Shown piece by piece: positions 1 to 10,193 of a stretch of DNA of 64,000 nt. The position numbers and the translations under genes are program-made. Under the pieces are notes generated by a model. The model did not search any database. It saw only the letters and a list, made by a program, of their open reading frames with translations, and was not told the origin of the DNA. Origin of the DNA: Myxococcota bacterium (GTDB taxonomy: Bacteria; Myxococcota_A; Polyangia; Polyangiales; Houyiibacteriaceae); the NCBI GenBank assembly GCA_039030515.1, contig JBCCEA010000007.1, forward strand, positions 1-64,000, read 5' to 3'. The stretch's first letter is position 1. Each line of letters begins with the position of its first letter.

Positions 1-88
1 TCGGGGCTTCCAGCTCAGCCCGCTCGGCCGCTTCGACTTGTTCTCCATCACCGGAGACGATCACGGGTAGCCAATCTTGTCGATCCAT
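1..88 (-). CDS. 5' fragment of a hypothetical protein running off the window edge (MDRQDWLPVIVSGDGEQVEAAERAELEAP...)
   Basis: ATG at 88 with a GGAG just upstream, and the frame stays open to the window edge. Too short to assign a function. Confidence 0.35.
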   Translation of the reverse strand, partial: MDRQDWLPVIVSGDGEQVEAAERAELEAP

Positions 89-333
89 AACTCCGAACTG
101 ACCAAGATCTCTAGCAAAATCCCCCCAACCCGATCAGTGCTGTAGCTCCGCGGGGCTTACCGCTACTCGACTACCCAGCCTCAGGGCGGCACGGCTCCGA
201 CTCCCCCTCTTCGCTCGGTCAGAGGATTTTGACAACGGCAACCGCCGTTTGCTGCCTGTTCCGCTGTGAAAGTATATTTGCACCTGAAATTTCACTCGCG
301 TTTCACGCGTGGCTGAATTCATCAATAAAATTA

Positions 334-574
334 GTGGAGGCGCCAGGAGTTGTATCGAAGTGAAAAGGTCCAGAGAGGTGGAGCTTTTCAGGAGACCGAC
401 GAGCAAGCATACCTGAGGAGCAAGCGAAGCGTGCTCCGAGCAGAGGTGGAGGCGCCGGGAGTTGTATCGAAGTGAAAAGGTCCAGAGAGGTGGAGCTTTT
501 CAGGAGACCGACGAGCAAGCATACCTGAGGAGCAAGCGAAGCGTGCTCCGAGCAGAGGTGGAGGCGCCGGGAGT
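334..574 (-). repeat. tmRNA-linked tandem repeat: two 112-bp units, each ending in a copy of the tmRNA 3'-terminal 17 nt
   Basis: GTGGAGGCGCC(A/G)GGAGT starts at 334, 446 and 558 (period 112). Units 334-445 and 446-557 differ at one base. The third copy is the tmRNA 3' end itself. Confidence 0.95.
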
Positions 575-927
575 CGAACCCGGGTCCGGAAATGATCCAC
601 GATGACGTCTACGTGTGTATCTCGCGATTTATAGATTCGCCGCACATTGCGCCCGCGAGCAGGCTCTCCGTGTCGCTAGCGACCCTGAGTCTCATCCCCA
701 TGCCGAGTCGCGTGCGCAGGGACCAGTCCATTCAAATGACGCCTCCCCAGAGAGTATGGACGAGCTCTCTGGTTCGACGGCTCTCATACTACCGACTAAG
801 CAGCAGCGAGAGCGGGTGTTGCGTTATCGTTCGCAATTATACGGTTCCCTGGAGTATTTACGCCGTCCCAAGGCCGGCGACACGCAGCCAATCACTTCAG
901 CATCCCCGTCGAAGCCGTTTCGCCCCC
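557..927 (-). ncRNA. ssrA: tmRNA (transfer-messenger RNA)
   Basis: 5' end GGGGGCGAAACGGCTTCGAC and 3' end CCGGGTTCGACTCCCGGCGCCTCCA. The acceptor stem GGGGGCG/CGCCTCC has the G3.U alanine identity pair. The tag ORF at 834-796 reads ANDNATPALAAA*. The genomic 3' end is ...CCA-CCT, so the terminal CCA is not fully encoded. Confidence 0.97.
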
Positions 928-990
928 GATGGAGAACAGACGTGAAAGGGTCCGCGTTTGTTAGAGCGGCCCCTTCATGTCTGATCAAAC

Positions 991-1983
991 CTAGCGCACC
1001 ATGAGCTTAGCGGAAAGAATACCGACCGACTCGTCCTCGGTGCCTTGCTCCGCAAGTGAATCAAACGCGACCTCGAGGTTCTCCAGTAGTTCTGGGCTCC
1101 CAGTACGCATGGTTCGCGCTACGAGTTGGTTCACGCCTCGGTCGGGGTACATACTAGACACCCCTGGAGGATCACAAAGGTTAACCTCGTCACCCTCTAA
1201 TGGAAAGTCGTAGGAAAACGTTTCCTCTGAATAATCGTTGGAGGCCTTCGGGTCCTTAATACCGCCTGCACCTCGAAGTTGAACCTGGACTAAATCATCG
1301 TCGAGGCCCCCGTCAGTGCTGCCGGCGCCTTGATGATCGTAATCCCAAGAATCGAGCACTACGACGTTGATCTCCATGCGCACGCGCTGGTGAGGGATTT
1401 GTGTCAGATCGTAACGCCAGCTCGTCGAGAGCTGCGACGAGGCCGAAGAACCCCCCAGCATCGGAGCGAACGCCAAGGCACACGCCGAAGTCGTGTCGAT
1501 AGTGCTCGCTGCCCAAGTATCCGTGCGGATATTTGACGTCGCGTAGTTGGAGAAGTCGAGGAGGTCGACCACCGTCCAGGCACCTACGTCCGGGTCGTTC
1601 TCTTCGCGGATAAAAACGCATTCGACGTTGAAGGGATCGGTTCCAAGATCGATTTCATACGTGCCAGAAAGCGCGTCTGGCTGCGTATCGAATATTTCGG
1701 TGCAGCTCGCGGGCGTGCTTACAACGGTTCCGCTGTCGGTCATCGAGCCGCTGTCGGTCATCGAGCCGCTGTCGGTGGTTGAACCAGAGCCGCTGTCGGT
1801 CATCGAGCCGCTGTCGGTGGTTGAACCAGAGCCGCTGTCGGTGCCCGGGTCTGTGGCTGCGTCCACCGAGCCGGTATCCGAAGAAGAATCATCGCTGCAG
1901 CCCGCGGCAGATATGAGTAAGAATAACGCGGCAGAAAGGGCTACGTTGAATCGGAAACCACGATTCCTACATAAATAAGTCAT
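991..1983 (-). CDS. Putative lipoprotein with a Ser/Gly/Thr/Asp repeat linker and a fibrinogen-like N-terminal motif
   Basis: Hydrophobic signal with lipobox-like SAAG|CSDD, TDSGS repeats, then ASCxEI...SGTYEID...FNVEC...GAWT, resembling the start of fibrinogen-related domains. ATG 1983 is preferred over 2106. Confidence 0.7.
   Translation of the reverse strand: MTYLCRNRGFRFNVALSAALFLLISAAGCSDDSSSDTGSVDAATDPGTDSGSGSTTDSGSMTDSGSGSTTDSGSMTDSGSMTDSGTVVSTPASCTEIFDTQPDALSGTYEIDLGTDPFNVECVFIREENDPDVGAWTVVDLLDFSNYATSNIRTDTWAASTIDTTSACALAFAPMLGGSSASSQLSTSWRYDLTQIPHQRVRMEINVVVLDSWDYDHQGAGSTDGGLDDDLVQVQLRGAGGIKDPKASNDYSEETFSYDFPLEGDEVNLCDPPGVSSMYPDRGVNQLVARTMRTGSPELLENLEVAFDSLAEQGTEDESVGILSAKLMVR
1730..1842. 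repeat. Intragenic tandem repeats of 18/24-bp units encoding TDSGS linkers
   Basis: Six copies of CCGCTGTCGGT at 1730, 1748, 1766, 1790, 1808 and 1832. Confidence 0.9.
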
Positions 1984-2274
1984 ATACGCTCCAACTTGTT
2001 CTAATACTCTTTGATGCGATCGAGATCGATTGGCGCGATTCGCGTGCTGTAGAGACAAGAACAGGGGCGTACGGGCCAACGAACCATTCACTAGTGCTCT
2101 TAGCATGCACCGGTATGACCGCCAGTCTTCCAGCGGGAAGCAGCCCTGAGGTCAATGCAGCGACTCAATGTTCCTGCTTCAAGATCGGTCGTCCGATCGC
2201 CTTCTTCCATCCAGGTTTACAGCCGAACAACCCTTGTGATTCAAAGGATCTAAAGGTCGCAGGACTGGTCCACT

Positions 2275-2730
2275 CTAGGGCAGGGCGCACAAACTCCAGT
2301 AGGCGTGAATGATGCGCGCGGTGTTTTCGAGCTCTTCGAGCTCACTAGGTTTTTGAAGAACCCCCGCGGCGCCCGCTCGATAGCAGTCTTTGGTTTGCTG
2401 AGAATTCACGCACGTGGTCATGATCAAAACCGGTATCGGATCGAGTACTGGGTCAGATCGAATGAGTCGCAGCACGTCCAGTCCGTTCAACCTTGGCATA
2501 CGGTAATCGATAAGAACGAGACCAGGTCGGGGAGCGTGCTCGCTCGATCCATCTCCCCGATGACGTTCAGCCAGACGCAGGTACTTCATCGCAGATGCAC
2601 CATCGCTGGCGGCTAGAATCGGGTGATCGAGTCCAGCATTCTGGAACGCCCATCGAAACGACTTGATGTCCAAATCGTCGTCGTCCACCAGGAGAATAGG
2701 AAAGTCGCTTGTCGAGTCTGTGACCGCCAT
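2275..2730 (-). CDS. Single-domain response regulator (Rcp-like)
   Basis: ILLVDDDDLD, VLIDYRMPRLNG (phospho-Asp), PVLIMT, LQKP. Confidence 0.9.
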   Translation of the reverse strand: MAVTDSTSDFPILLVDDDDLDIKSFRWAFQNAGLDHPILAASDGASAMKYLRLAERHRGDGSSEHAPRPGLVLIDYRMPRLNGLDVLRLIRSDPVLDPIPVLIMTTCVNSQQTKDCYRAGAAGVLQKPSELEELENTARIIHAYWSLCALP

Positions 2731-2747
2731 GATCGTGCGTATGCGTG

Positions 2748-3857
2748 CTACCGGGGATCGAAATGCAGCTCAGGGACGGTAAACCAAAACTTCGATCCTC
2801 CGAGTTCGCTTTCACATACGGACAGTGTCCCGCCCCATCGCTCCACCAGCGTTTTACAGATGGCAAGACCGGTGCCCGCGGAATCAAAGTCGTCTCGGGA
2901 ATGAAGCTTCCGGAATGGTTCAAAGATCTCCTCGCGATGTGTCTCTGGGATGCCCAAACCGTTGTCTGAAACACTGAACCGAACCTCGCTCTTTTCTTTT
3001 TCTGCGTGCAGCAAGAGCCGCGCTCGATTTGAAAACCTGAATGCGTTGTCGATAAGCTCCGCCAGAACGCGCTCAAATTGATGTCGATCGGCCACAATCT
3101 CGCCCCATGCTCCCCGAACGTCGATTTCCGCTCCTGGAACTCGGGCTGCTTTTTGCACCGCAGAGTCAAGGGCTTCACGACTTGAAAAGTTAGCGTAGGT
3201 AAAATCGACATACCGGGCCTGCGCGTACGCGGACACGCCTTCGATGAGGCCTAAGAGTCGTTCAGAGCGGGTTTCGAGGAATCTCAAGTTTTCGGCAGCG
3301 TTTGCGGAAAGTGTGCTGCCCAGCTCCTCGCTCAGCCAGCGTACCGCGAGGCGTATGCCCCTCAGCGGAGACTTTAGCTCGTGTGATGCAGCGCGGGTAA
3401 ATCGTTTCAGTTCGGCTCGGGTCGACTGCAGCGTATGCCCGTGCTCTCCTTTGCGCCCTGGTTGAGGGGCTTTCCGGAAGAGCGATATCGCTTCGTCAAA
3501 CAAAAGCATCACGTGATTCGGGGCCGATTGAAATGCGGCGATCTCAAAGCCCTGAAGCGTCAGCACGTCCGGAATGCGCTGCGTCCCGCTTAGCGGTTGC
3601 GTGTCGCTTGGCCTCGTGACGCCTTCAGCGATGTGACGCAGTCGCTGATGCACGTACGGATCTTTGAGCTCAACAAAGCACTCCTCAAACGACTGCCCCA
3701 GAACAATGGGATCGGTCGTACCCAATCTTGCTTCCGCTAGCCGATTGGCTTCGACGAGGATGAGGCGTGAACCATGCGCTTCCCACCGGTATACGAGGTA
3801 CGGCATGGGCAGATGCGCGACGAGGTTTTCGACAAGGATCTTAGGTCGACTCGTCAC
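2748..3857 (-). CDS. Sensor histidine kinase with an N-terminal PAS-like region
   Basis: H-box ASHELKSPL, N-box ELIDNAFRF, G1 VSDNGLGI, F-box IFEPF, G2 GTGLAIC. Start is uncertain (GTG 3857, ATG 3806 or 3896). Confidence 0.9.
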   Translation of the reverse strand: MTSRPKILVENLVAHLPMPYLVYRWEAHGSRLILVEANRLAEARLGTTDPIVLGQSFEECFVELKDPYVHQRLRHIAEGVTRPSDTQPLSGTQRIPDVLTLQGFEIAAFQSAPNHVMLLFDEAISLFRKAPQPGRKGEHGHTLQSTRAELKRFTRAASHELKSPLRGIRLAVRWLSEELGSTLSANAAENLRFLETRSERLLGLIEGVSAYAQARYVDFTYANFSSREALDSAVQKAARVPGAEIDVRGAWGEIVADRHQFERVLAELIDNAFRFSNRARLLLHAEKEKSEVRFSVSDNGLGIPETHREEIFEPFRKLHSRDDFDSAGTGLAICKTLVERWGGTLSVCESELGGSKFWFTVPELHFDPR

Positions 3858-4323
3858 CGTTCCGACCGCCAGCCTCGGTTCTCGGAAGCACAGCAACCTC
3901 GGAGAAGAACCGCGCGATTTCCGAAAGATGGAGTTTTAGTTGTGCAAATTCCAATGGCTTTGTAAAGCAGAATCGAGCCCCAGCCCGAAGGGCGTCCGTG
4001 ATGAGTAAAGGGGAATCTGCTGAAGTCATGAGACAGATAGACATCGCGGTTCCCAGACCACGCTCTCTCAGGGCGAGTAGGGTTTCCACGCCATCCATGG
4101 TCGTCATGCGTTGATCGAGGAGCACAACGTCGGGCCAAGCTTGAGTCGGTGACGATCGGTCCGGGTGGCTCGACGGACCCGCTGCCAACAGTGCGATCAG
4201 TTCGTCCCCGTCGGTGAGTCGCGCGACCTCGACGTGCGCAAGAGAGCGTTCTCGCTGCACGATTGCTTGAATCAAATCCCAATAAAGGTCGTCGTCGTCC
4301 ACGATCAGAATCCGCAGACTCAC
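3841..4323 (-). CDS. Single-domain response regulator
   Basis: ILIVDDDD, VLLDQRMTTMDG, FTKP. Overlaps the upstream stop by 4 bp. Confidence 0.9.
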   Translation of the reverse strand: MSLRILIVDDDDLYWDLIQAIVQRERSLAHVEVARLTDGDELIALLAAGPSSHPDRSSPTQAWPDVVLLDQRMTTMDGVETLLALRERGLGTAMSICLMTSADSPLLITDALRAGARFCFTKPLEFAQLKLHLSEIARFFSEVAVLPRTEAGGRNGDEST

Positions 4324-7300
4324 GGAGGCTCCCCGATCTGCTCGGATACGATGTGCCGAATCTTTAGTGCGTCTCCAGTATTCTTATCGACGATTGTAAG
4401 CCTATCCACCGTCGCGAAGCCTCCACTGCCTGAGGCGGTTTCCTCGAAGATGCCGGCTCCATGGCCGGACAGCACGACGACTGGAGTCTTGCCGTTCACT
4501 CCGATGCGGTCCGGTGAAAGCAGACTCAATCCGTGGCCATCAGGGAGAGATAGATCCAGCACAATTGCATCATACACTCTTGCCGCCGTTCGACGTCTCG
4601 CGTCTTCCAAGGTTGTCGCGGTCACGATTTTATATCCCGAGAGAGCTTCTTTTACGTATTTTGCATCAGCTGCGTCGTCTTCGACGAGTAAAATGTTCTG
4701 TCCGCTTTCCGGTTGTCCCGATGCCATTGGCGCTTGGCCGACGCTGCCACTCGGTAGTTCGAGCACAAACGTGGCACCGCGCCCGAGTTCGCTTTCTAGG
4801 TGTACCGTTCCCCCTGCTTTTGCAGCCAGTCGGCGTGCAGCTACAAGACCCACGCCAGATCCCGCGCTCGAATCTGGATTCAAGCGACGAAAAAGCTCAA
4901 ACACCTTTGATTGATCTTTGGTAGCGATTCCTTGGCCGTTGTCGCTCACCGAAAAACGTACCGTAGAGGGGTCTGTCTGACACACGATGTCGATGCAGGG
5001 CTCCGGATTCGTGGTGCCGTGCACCAGTGCATTTTCCACCAGATTGGTGAGGATGCCCGACGCCGCGGCTCTAGAAAACACGGCAGACTTTCCGCTGACG
5101 GCCCACCTAAGTTCCACGCTTTCTTTATTTGCGCGTTGAGTAAAAGGATCCAGCAGCTCCTCGAGCCAAGGTCTGAGTTCGACTTCTTCCTGCTCGATGA
5201 ACACCGTCGACTGTTTGGAGAGAGCCGTGAGGTCGGCAAATAGATTCCGTAAACGCAGAAGTGCCTCGGATGCTTTATCCAGGTGCACAAACGTGCCGTT
5301 TTGATCGAGCTCCTCCGCACAGTTGCGCGCAAGATTCAACATTCCATCCAGAGTCAGCATAGGACGTTTGACATCGTGCGCGACGATGGAGAAGAAATCT
5401 TCGAGTTGAATCGACTGTTCCGAGAGCTGAGTATTGCTCTCTTGGAGCTGATCGGCCATCACGCGGGCTGCTTGTTCCGCATTCTTGATGCGCGTGACGT
5501 CCACTAGAGTGATCAGTACGCCCGCCATGCGACGTTCTTTGCCTTGCTCTTTGTAGGGTAGAGCGCGCAACAAGAGCCAGCTGCCAAGTCGATCCCGCAC
5601 CTCTTGCTCGTGCATCTCACCACTAGATTGGACCTGAGACGAAACCTCTGCGAGGTCTACCTGTAACGAGTGGCTAAAGTCCGTGATCGGTCGACCAATA
5701 TCCGACTCCTGCAGGGGAAGTAGATGCACGACGGAGGGCGTATATCTGCGTAACCGTAAGTCGGTATCCAGGTAAATCGTAGCTACGGATATGCTGCGGA
5801 GTAGATTGTCTAAATCTGCGGTAACGAGCTGAAGTTCCTCGTTGCGCTGCCGGTACTCTGCGTTGACGGTGAATAGCTCTTCATTGACGGAATGCAGTTC
5901 TTCGTTGGTGCTTTGCAGTTCCTCATTGGAAGCCACCAGCTCCTCATTCGTGCTTTGCTGCTCCTCGCTAGCCGCTTGAAGCTCTTCGATCGTTGCCTGA
6001 AGACTCTCTTTCGTCTCCCGGAGGTCGCGTTCGAGTTCTCCTACTCGCTGGGTGGAACTTGTAGCGATCGTCTCCGGACTGAAGGTCTCGGGCTCGCTCG
6101 GACGCGACTGAACCAACAGTGTGCGAAACCTGCCGTCACCCAACTTGGCCGGCAGATTTCTTAGGGTGACCACAAATTCCGTCCCGTTGAGGGAGGGCGA
6201 GACCAGGTGGACATGTCCCTCTCCGTCGTCTAGCCGCCGATTGGCGGCAGAAAGCGCGGTGCAAACGGCCGGAGGCAACATTCGAGTCAAGTCGTCCGTA
6301 GGAGGACCTTTTCGCAGTCCGAATATCTCCAAAGGATCGGTTATCACCTCGACCAGTCGGTGGGGCGCCTGAACGATGGCGACGCTTCGACGGTCGGCCT
6401 CCGCGAGTACCTCGAGGGCCGCGTAACGCCACTGAGCCCGAGGCTGGTCCCCACGCATTGTGGAGATCGGAACGCCGGTTTTGATGACTGAGATCGGCTC
6501 ACGCAGGAACTTTCGCTGGCTCAGGTTGTGGGGTGGTGGCCCAGAACGGAGGAAGATCTTTGCGGACTTGTCTACGGCGACGAGCGAGGAGCTCAGTGAT
6601 CCGACGTCTTCGGCCGATCCCAGCATGAGGTAGCCGTGGTCGGGCTTCAGCGAAAGGTACAGCGAACCGAGCACGCGCTCCTGAAGCTCGGGTCGCAGAT
6701 AGATGAGCAAGTTACGGCAGGTGACCAAATCGATACGGGTAAAGGGCGCGTCGACCACCAGGTTGTGTCGGGCAAAAATAACGCTCCGGCGTATATCGGA
6801 TCGAACGACAAAACGTTCCGCCTCTTGCTCCATATATTTGAGTTGCCAAGAGTGCGGTAGATCGGCCACGTCGCTCAGCGTGTAGGCTCCACGCGAAGCG
6901 CGTACCAGTGATGATTCACTTACATCGGTCGCAAATATTCGAGTATCGCGGCGGATACCCGAACCGATCATGGCCTCCTGAAGCGCCATCGATACGGTGT
7001 AGACCTCTTGGCCGGTGGAGCAGCCTGCGACCCACACGCGGCAGGGCTCTTTGGCCCCGAGGTTGAGCAAGATCTTTGGGAGCACTCTGGTGAGCAACCC
7101 CTGGAAGGCACCCGAATCGCGATTGAAACGCGTCACCCCGATGAGCAGGTCGTTTCCCAGATGGGTTCGCTCATCGCCGTGCTCCGCTAGTGCCTCGAGA
7201 TAGTCCTCGAAAGAGCGGTGTCCCGCTAGGGTCATGCGACGACGGATTCTGCGCATCACCATGTTGGGTCTCAGGTAGGAAAGATCCAAACCGCCTCCCT

Positions 7301-7955
7301 CAGAAAGCAGTTCGAAGACACGCTGCAGCTGGGAATTTTCGGCGCGCGTTTCATCCTCTTGAATTCGTTCATCTCCAAGTATGTGCGCCACCCGGACAGC
7401 CAACTCCTTCGGAGTGCCCACGGCATCGACCACCCCGGTTTGGCAGGCGCTTACCGGCATGCCGTCGAAGCGGGCGCTGTCCCGGGTCTGGACCAAAACG
7501 ACGCCTCCTGCTTCCTTGACGGCACGCACCCCGCGTGAACCGTCGCTGCCGGTCCCGGAAAGAATGACCGAGATGCAAAGCGAGGTGTGCTCGCGCGCCA
7601 TCGAAACCATGAAGAGGTCGATCGGCAGATGAAGCGCATGTCCGGGTCGCCGATCCTGCGCTTCCAGCTTCAGGCGCCCTTGCTTGACCAGCATGTTGGC
7701 GCCTGGAGGAATCATGTATACCCGGTCTGCAAGCAGGGTGGTGCCGTCCTCCGCGGTCGAGACAGGCATGTTCGTGCATTTGCGGATGAGCTCCGGCATC
7801 AAGCTCTTAAAGTCCGGTGAAAGGTGCACGACGACGACGAAGGCTGCGCCGGTATCGACGGACATCGATCCAAAAAATTCCTGACAGGCTTCGAGCCCGC
7901 CGGCTGATGCGCCCAAGCAAACGATCGGTACGTCGGTGTTGGCCGCAACGTTCAT
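4320..7955 (-). CDS. CheB-CheR fusion with coiled coil, PAS, histidine kinase and receiver domains
   Basis: CheB motifs [17 protein letters not shown]. CheR motifs [31 protein letters not shown] repeats, a PAS domain, AHDVKRP H-box, NLVENA, DNGQGI, GSGVGL and a C-terminal receiver ([15 protein letters not shown]). Confidence 0.95.
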   Translation of the reverse strand: MNVAANTDVPIVCLGASAGGLEACQEFFGSMSVDTGAAFVVVVHLSPDFKSLMPELIRKCTNMPVSTAEDGTTLLADRVYMIPPGANMLVKQGRLKLEAQDRRPGHALHLPIDLFMVSMAREHTSLCISVILSGTGSDGSRGVRAVKEAGGVVLVQTRDSARFDGMPVSACQTGVVDAVGTPKELAVRVAHILGDERIQEDETRAENSQLQRVFELLSEGGGLDLSYLRPNMVMRRIRRRMTLAGHRSFEDYLEALAEHGDERTHLGNDLLIGVTRFNRDSGAFQGLLTRVLPKILLNLGAKEPCRVWVAGCSTGQEVYTVSMALQEAMIGSGIRRDTRIFATDVSESSLVRASRGAYTLSDVADLPHSWQLKYMEQEAERFVVRSDIRRSVIFARHNLVVDAPFTRIDLVTCRNLLIYLRPELQERVLGSLYLSLKPDHGYLMLGSAEDVGSLSSSLVAVDKSAKIFLRSGPPPHNLSQRKFLREPISVIKTGVPISTMRGDQPRAQWRYAALEVLAEADRRSVAIVQAPHRLVEVITDPLEIFGLRKGPPTDDLTRMLPPAVCTALSAANRRLDDGEGHVHLVSPSLNGTEFVVTLRNLPAKLGDGRFRTLLVQSRPSEPETFSPETIATSSTQRVGELERDLRETKESLQATIEELQAASEEQQSTNEELVASNEELQSTNEELHSVNEELFTVNAEYRQRNEELQLVTADLDNLLRSISVATIYLDTDLRLRRYTPSVVHLLPLQESDIGRPITDFSHSLQVDLAEVSSQVQSSGEMHEQEVRDRLGSWLLLRALPYKEQGKERRMAGVLITLVDVTRIKNAEQAARVMADQLQESNTQLSEQSIQLEDFFSIVAHDVKRPMLTLDGMLNLARNCAEELDQNGTFVHLDKASEALLRLRNLFADLTALSKQSTVFIEQEEVELRPWLEELLDPFTQRANKESVELRWAVSGKSAVFSRAAASGILTNLVENALVHGTTNPEPCIDIVCQTDPSTVRFSVSDNGQGIATKDQSKVFELFRRLNPDSSAGSGVGLVAARRLAAKAGGTVHLESELGRGATFVLELPSGSVGQAPMASGQPESGQNILLVEDDAADAKYVKEALSGYKIVTATTLEDARRRTAARVYDAIVLDLSLPDGHGLSLLSPDRIGVNGKTPVVVLSGHGAGIFEETASGSGGFATVDRLTIVDKNTGDALKIRHIVSEQIGEPP

Positions 7956-8400
7956 CCGTGGAGAGGATATCAGGACGGCAGCGCAAAATGACCAAAAACG
8001 GGCCTTGTACTCTTGCTTTTAGGCCATCTGGTTTGCGTTTGCTGCTGTGGACTGGATTCACCCGGTACCCATGACGCAGGAGTGCCGTTCTTCATGAAGT
8101 GTTTTCAGTAGACGCCGTACATCGAATTGTTGGATTCAGCATGAAGAGTCATCGTCGCTGGTTCTAAATAACTAGCGTGCATATCCTACTTGTTTGGGAT
8201 GCCACTCTCGTAAACCCGAGCGGCAGACATGCGCAGAGAGTGAAGCTGCGTTGCGGGGATGATGAGTCCTGCTCCTCAGTGGTGTGCAGAACCACCATAC
8301 TGAATCACATGTCGGAGGTGTGGATGAGCCATGAGGCTGCCGGGCCGCCGGACATTGGGTTAGCCTATGGCTATTTTTCCAAGAGTTGAAGGACGTCTGA

Positions 8401-9780
8401 TTGGGAAAAAATAAAACAAAGAGCAGAAGTGGGTCGAGCGCTGGTGGAGGCCCATCGGCCTATGAGAAGGATGCAATCAAATACAATCAAGAGGTTCTGA
8501 AAGAAGCGATTCATAAACTCCGTTCGCTGTCTGAACCAGAACTTCCACTTGAATTTCGTCGCTACGATTTGAGGTACGACCAAGCGATTCATATGGATAG
8601 TTACTACGCATACTGCGCACATGTCCTCCTCAGCCCAGCTCGTAAAACCAGAAGATCATATTCTTTGATGCAGGAAGTGCGAGAGTCGGCGGTAATAAAA
8701 TCTGGAGCGATGAATCGAACTCCTCGACGTATCGATGATAACCCGAGCGATATTCATTCGACTCGATATGCACTTAAGTTTGATGAAGGTTTTGCTCGTA
8801 TATTCGAACTCCAATTGAACAATTTTTCCGATCGATATCAAGAGGTTGTGATGCGCTCTGGTCGCGACCAGATCATAGACGAGTACCAATCTTGTGAGCT
8901 TATGCGTCTCGCCTGCAGACTAAGGTGTTCGTTTAACGTTCACCTGGGTCTTCCAGGGTTTGCGGGTATGACTTCTGAGCGTCTTAATCTCAAATTAGAT
9001 GAGTTCGACGAATTCTTTCGTCTCGAGTACGAATCGTCACAAATGCTGTCTGATGGTCTCAGGAGCTGGACGATTTGTTTGGATATGGGGCGTGGTCTGC
9101 AATCAAAAATCTCGTCCTTTGACGGAGGGCACGCCTTGTTGGCTCAGCTCGAAACGCTTGACAGCAAACCTGGGCGAGAGGTTGGAAAGGCTCTCCACAA
9201 TGTGAACGACCAGATCTTTGAGCTGGAAGACGAGTACGTCAATGCCACGCAGTGGACTGAACACAGCGGTTTAGCTTCAAACGGCGTCGTCGATTCTTTT
9301 CGTGATACGTTCTCGGCGCTGAAACGCCAAATTACAGCAATTTGTAAAAAGTTGGGTGTGGGCACACGCGTAATCGAGGCGATTAGTGATCAGGTTCAGG
9401 ATATTCTAGAAGCGGCTCAGGCGAGCAATTCGGCTCTTGCGGTCTATGCCGAAGAGGCTTTTCGTGATGCGCGCCGTGCCGAGTCTCAGCGTCTAAGAGA
9501 AACCTACGTCCAAGCGGTGCGTGACGCTGCTTCAAGCGCGCAGCGGCGCATGCTTCCACGGGCTCCGCAAGGAGACCTCCGCGTCGTAGTCCCACCGCAT
9601 GGTTCGATGGGAGCCTCTCCAGCGGAATCGACCGGAGCTCATGAAGAACTCTCTCGCACAACGCGAGAATATCACCAAGAAGAGTGGCGCCTACTAGCTG
9701 TGTATCGCGTGGCCCTGCTGCGCCGAGAGCTCCACGTCTGGTGCAGCCACCAACCAGACCGCCTTCGAACCCTGCGATGA
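8401..9780 (+). CDS. Hypothetical helical/coiled-coil protein, possibly the N-terminal part of a frameshifted gene
   Basis: 459-codon ORF with a TTG start after GAAGGA. No recognisable motif. Confidence 0.65.
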   Translation: MGKNKTKSRSGSSAGGGPSAYEKDAIKYNQEVLKEAIHKLRSLSEPELPLEFRRYDLRYDQAIHMDSYYAYCAHVLLSPARKTRRSYSLMQEVRESAVIKSGAMNRTPRRIDDNPSDIHSTRYALKFDEGFARIFELQLNNFSDRYQEVVMRSGRDQIIDEYQSCELMRLACRLRCSFNVHLGLPGFAGMTSERLNLKLDEFDEFFRLEYESSQMLSDGLRSWTICLDMGRGLQSKISSFDGGHALLAQLETLDSKPGREVGKALHNVNDQIFELEDEYVNATQWTEHSGLASNGVVDSFRDTFSALKRQITAICKKLGVGTRVIEAISDQVQDILEAAQASNSALAVYAEEAFRDARRAESQRLRETYVQAVRDAASSAQRRMLPRAPQGDLRVVVPPHGSMGASPAESTGAHEELSRTTREYHQEEWRLLAVYRVALLRRELHVWCSHQPDRLRTLR

Positions 9781-10193
9781 TGATCGCGAATGTATGCTGG
9801 GGAACGAAGAAAGACGCATTGTGGGACTGTGGCGGGCGTGGTTATGCGGCTCCTCTTTTGAAAGAGAAAGTGAACGCTTCGATAAGAATTACGCGACCGA
9901 CACCGTTGAATAAGAAACGTTTCCGAGATGCGAATAGAACTTCACAAGGTAATTTACTCTTAAGTGCGATTCTAGATGCGATTCCCGAGCATCATTGCCT
10001 CTACCACGACACGCAGCACAAAGGGCGCTACACGGTGTTCTATCATAAGCCATGGGCTGCGGGCGCCAGTGCTCAAGAGACGATTTGGGTGATCGGCATT
10101 GGTACACACAAAACCCGTGATTCAGCGACTTATGAGGTTTTGTTTTGGGCCGATGCGCGAGTTAAGAGATTCTCACAAATCAAACTTGCCTAG
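9777..10193 (+). CDS. Hypothetical protein with a possible RelE/BECR-like toxin-type C-terminal pattern
   Basis: ATGA overlap with the upstream stop; the frame is open from 9645. Pattern YTVFY...TIWVIGIGTH...YEV. Confidence 0.6.
   Translation: MMIANVCWGTKKDALWDCGGRGYAAPLLKEKVNASIRITRPTPLNKKRFRDANRTSQGNLLLSAILDAIPEHHCLYHDTQHKGRYTVFYHKPWAAGASAQETIWVIGIGTHKTRDSATYEVLFWADARVKRFSQIKLA

Noticed and set aside
334..574. CRISPR array interpretation of the periodic repeats
   Set aside because: The intervening sequences are identical rather than unique spacers, the repeat is the tmRNA 3' end, and no cas genes are present.
134..1004. Short ORFs overlapping ssrA and its repeats (134-406, 303-518, 388-645, 592-945, 615-1004)
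   Set aside because: They are explained by the RNA gene and the repeats, and carry no protein motifs.
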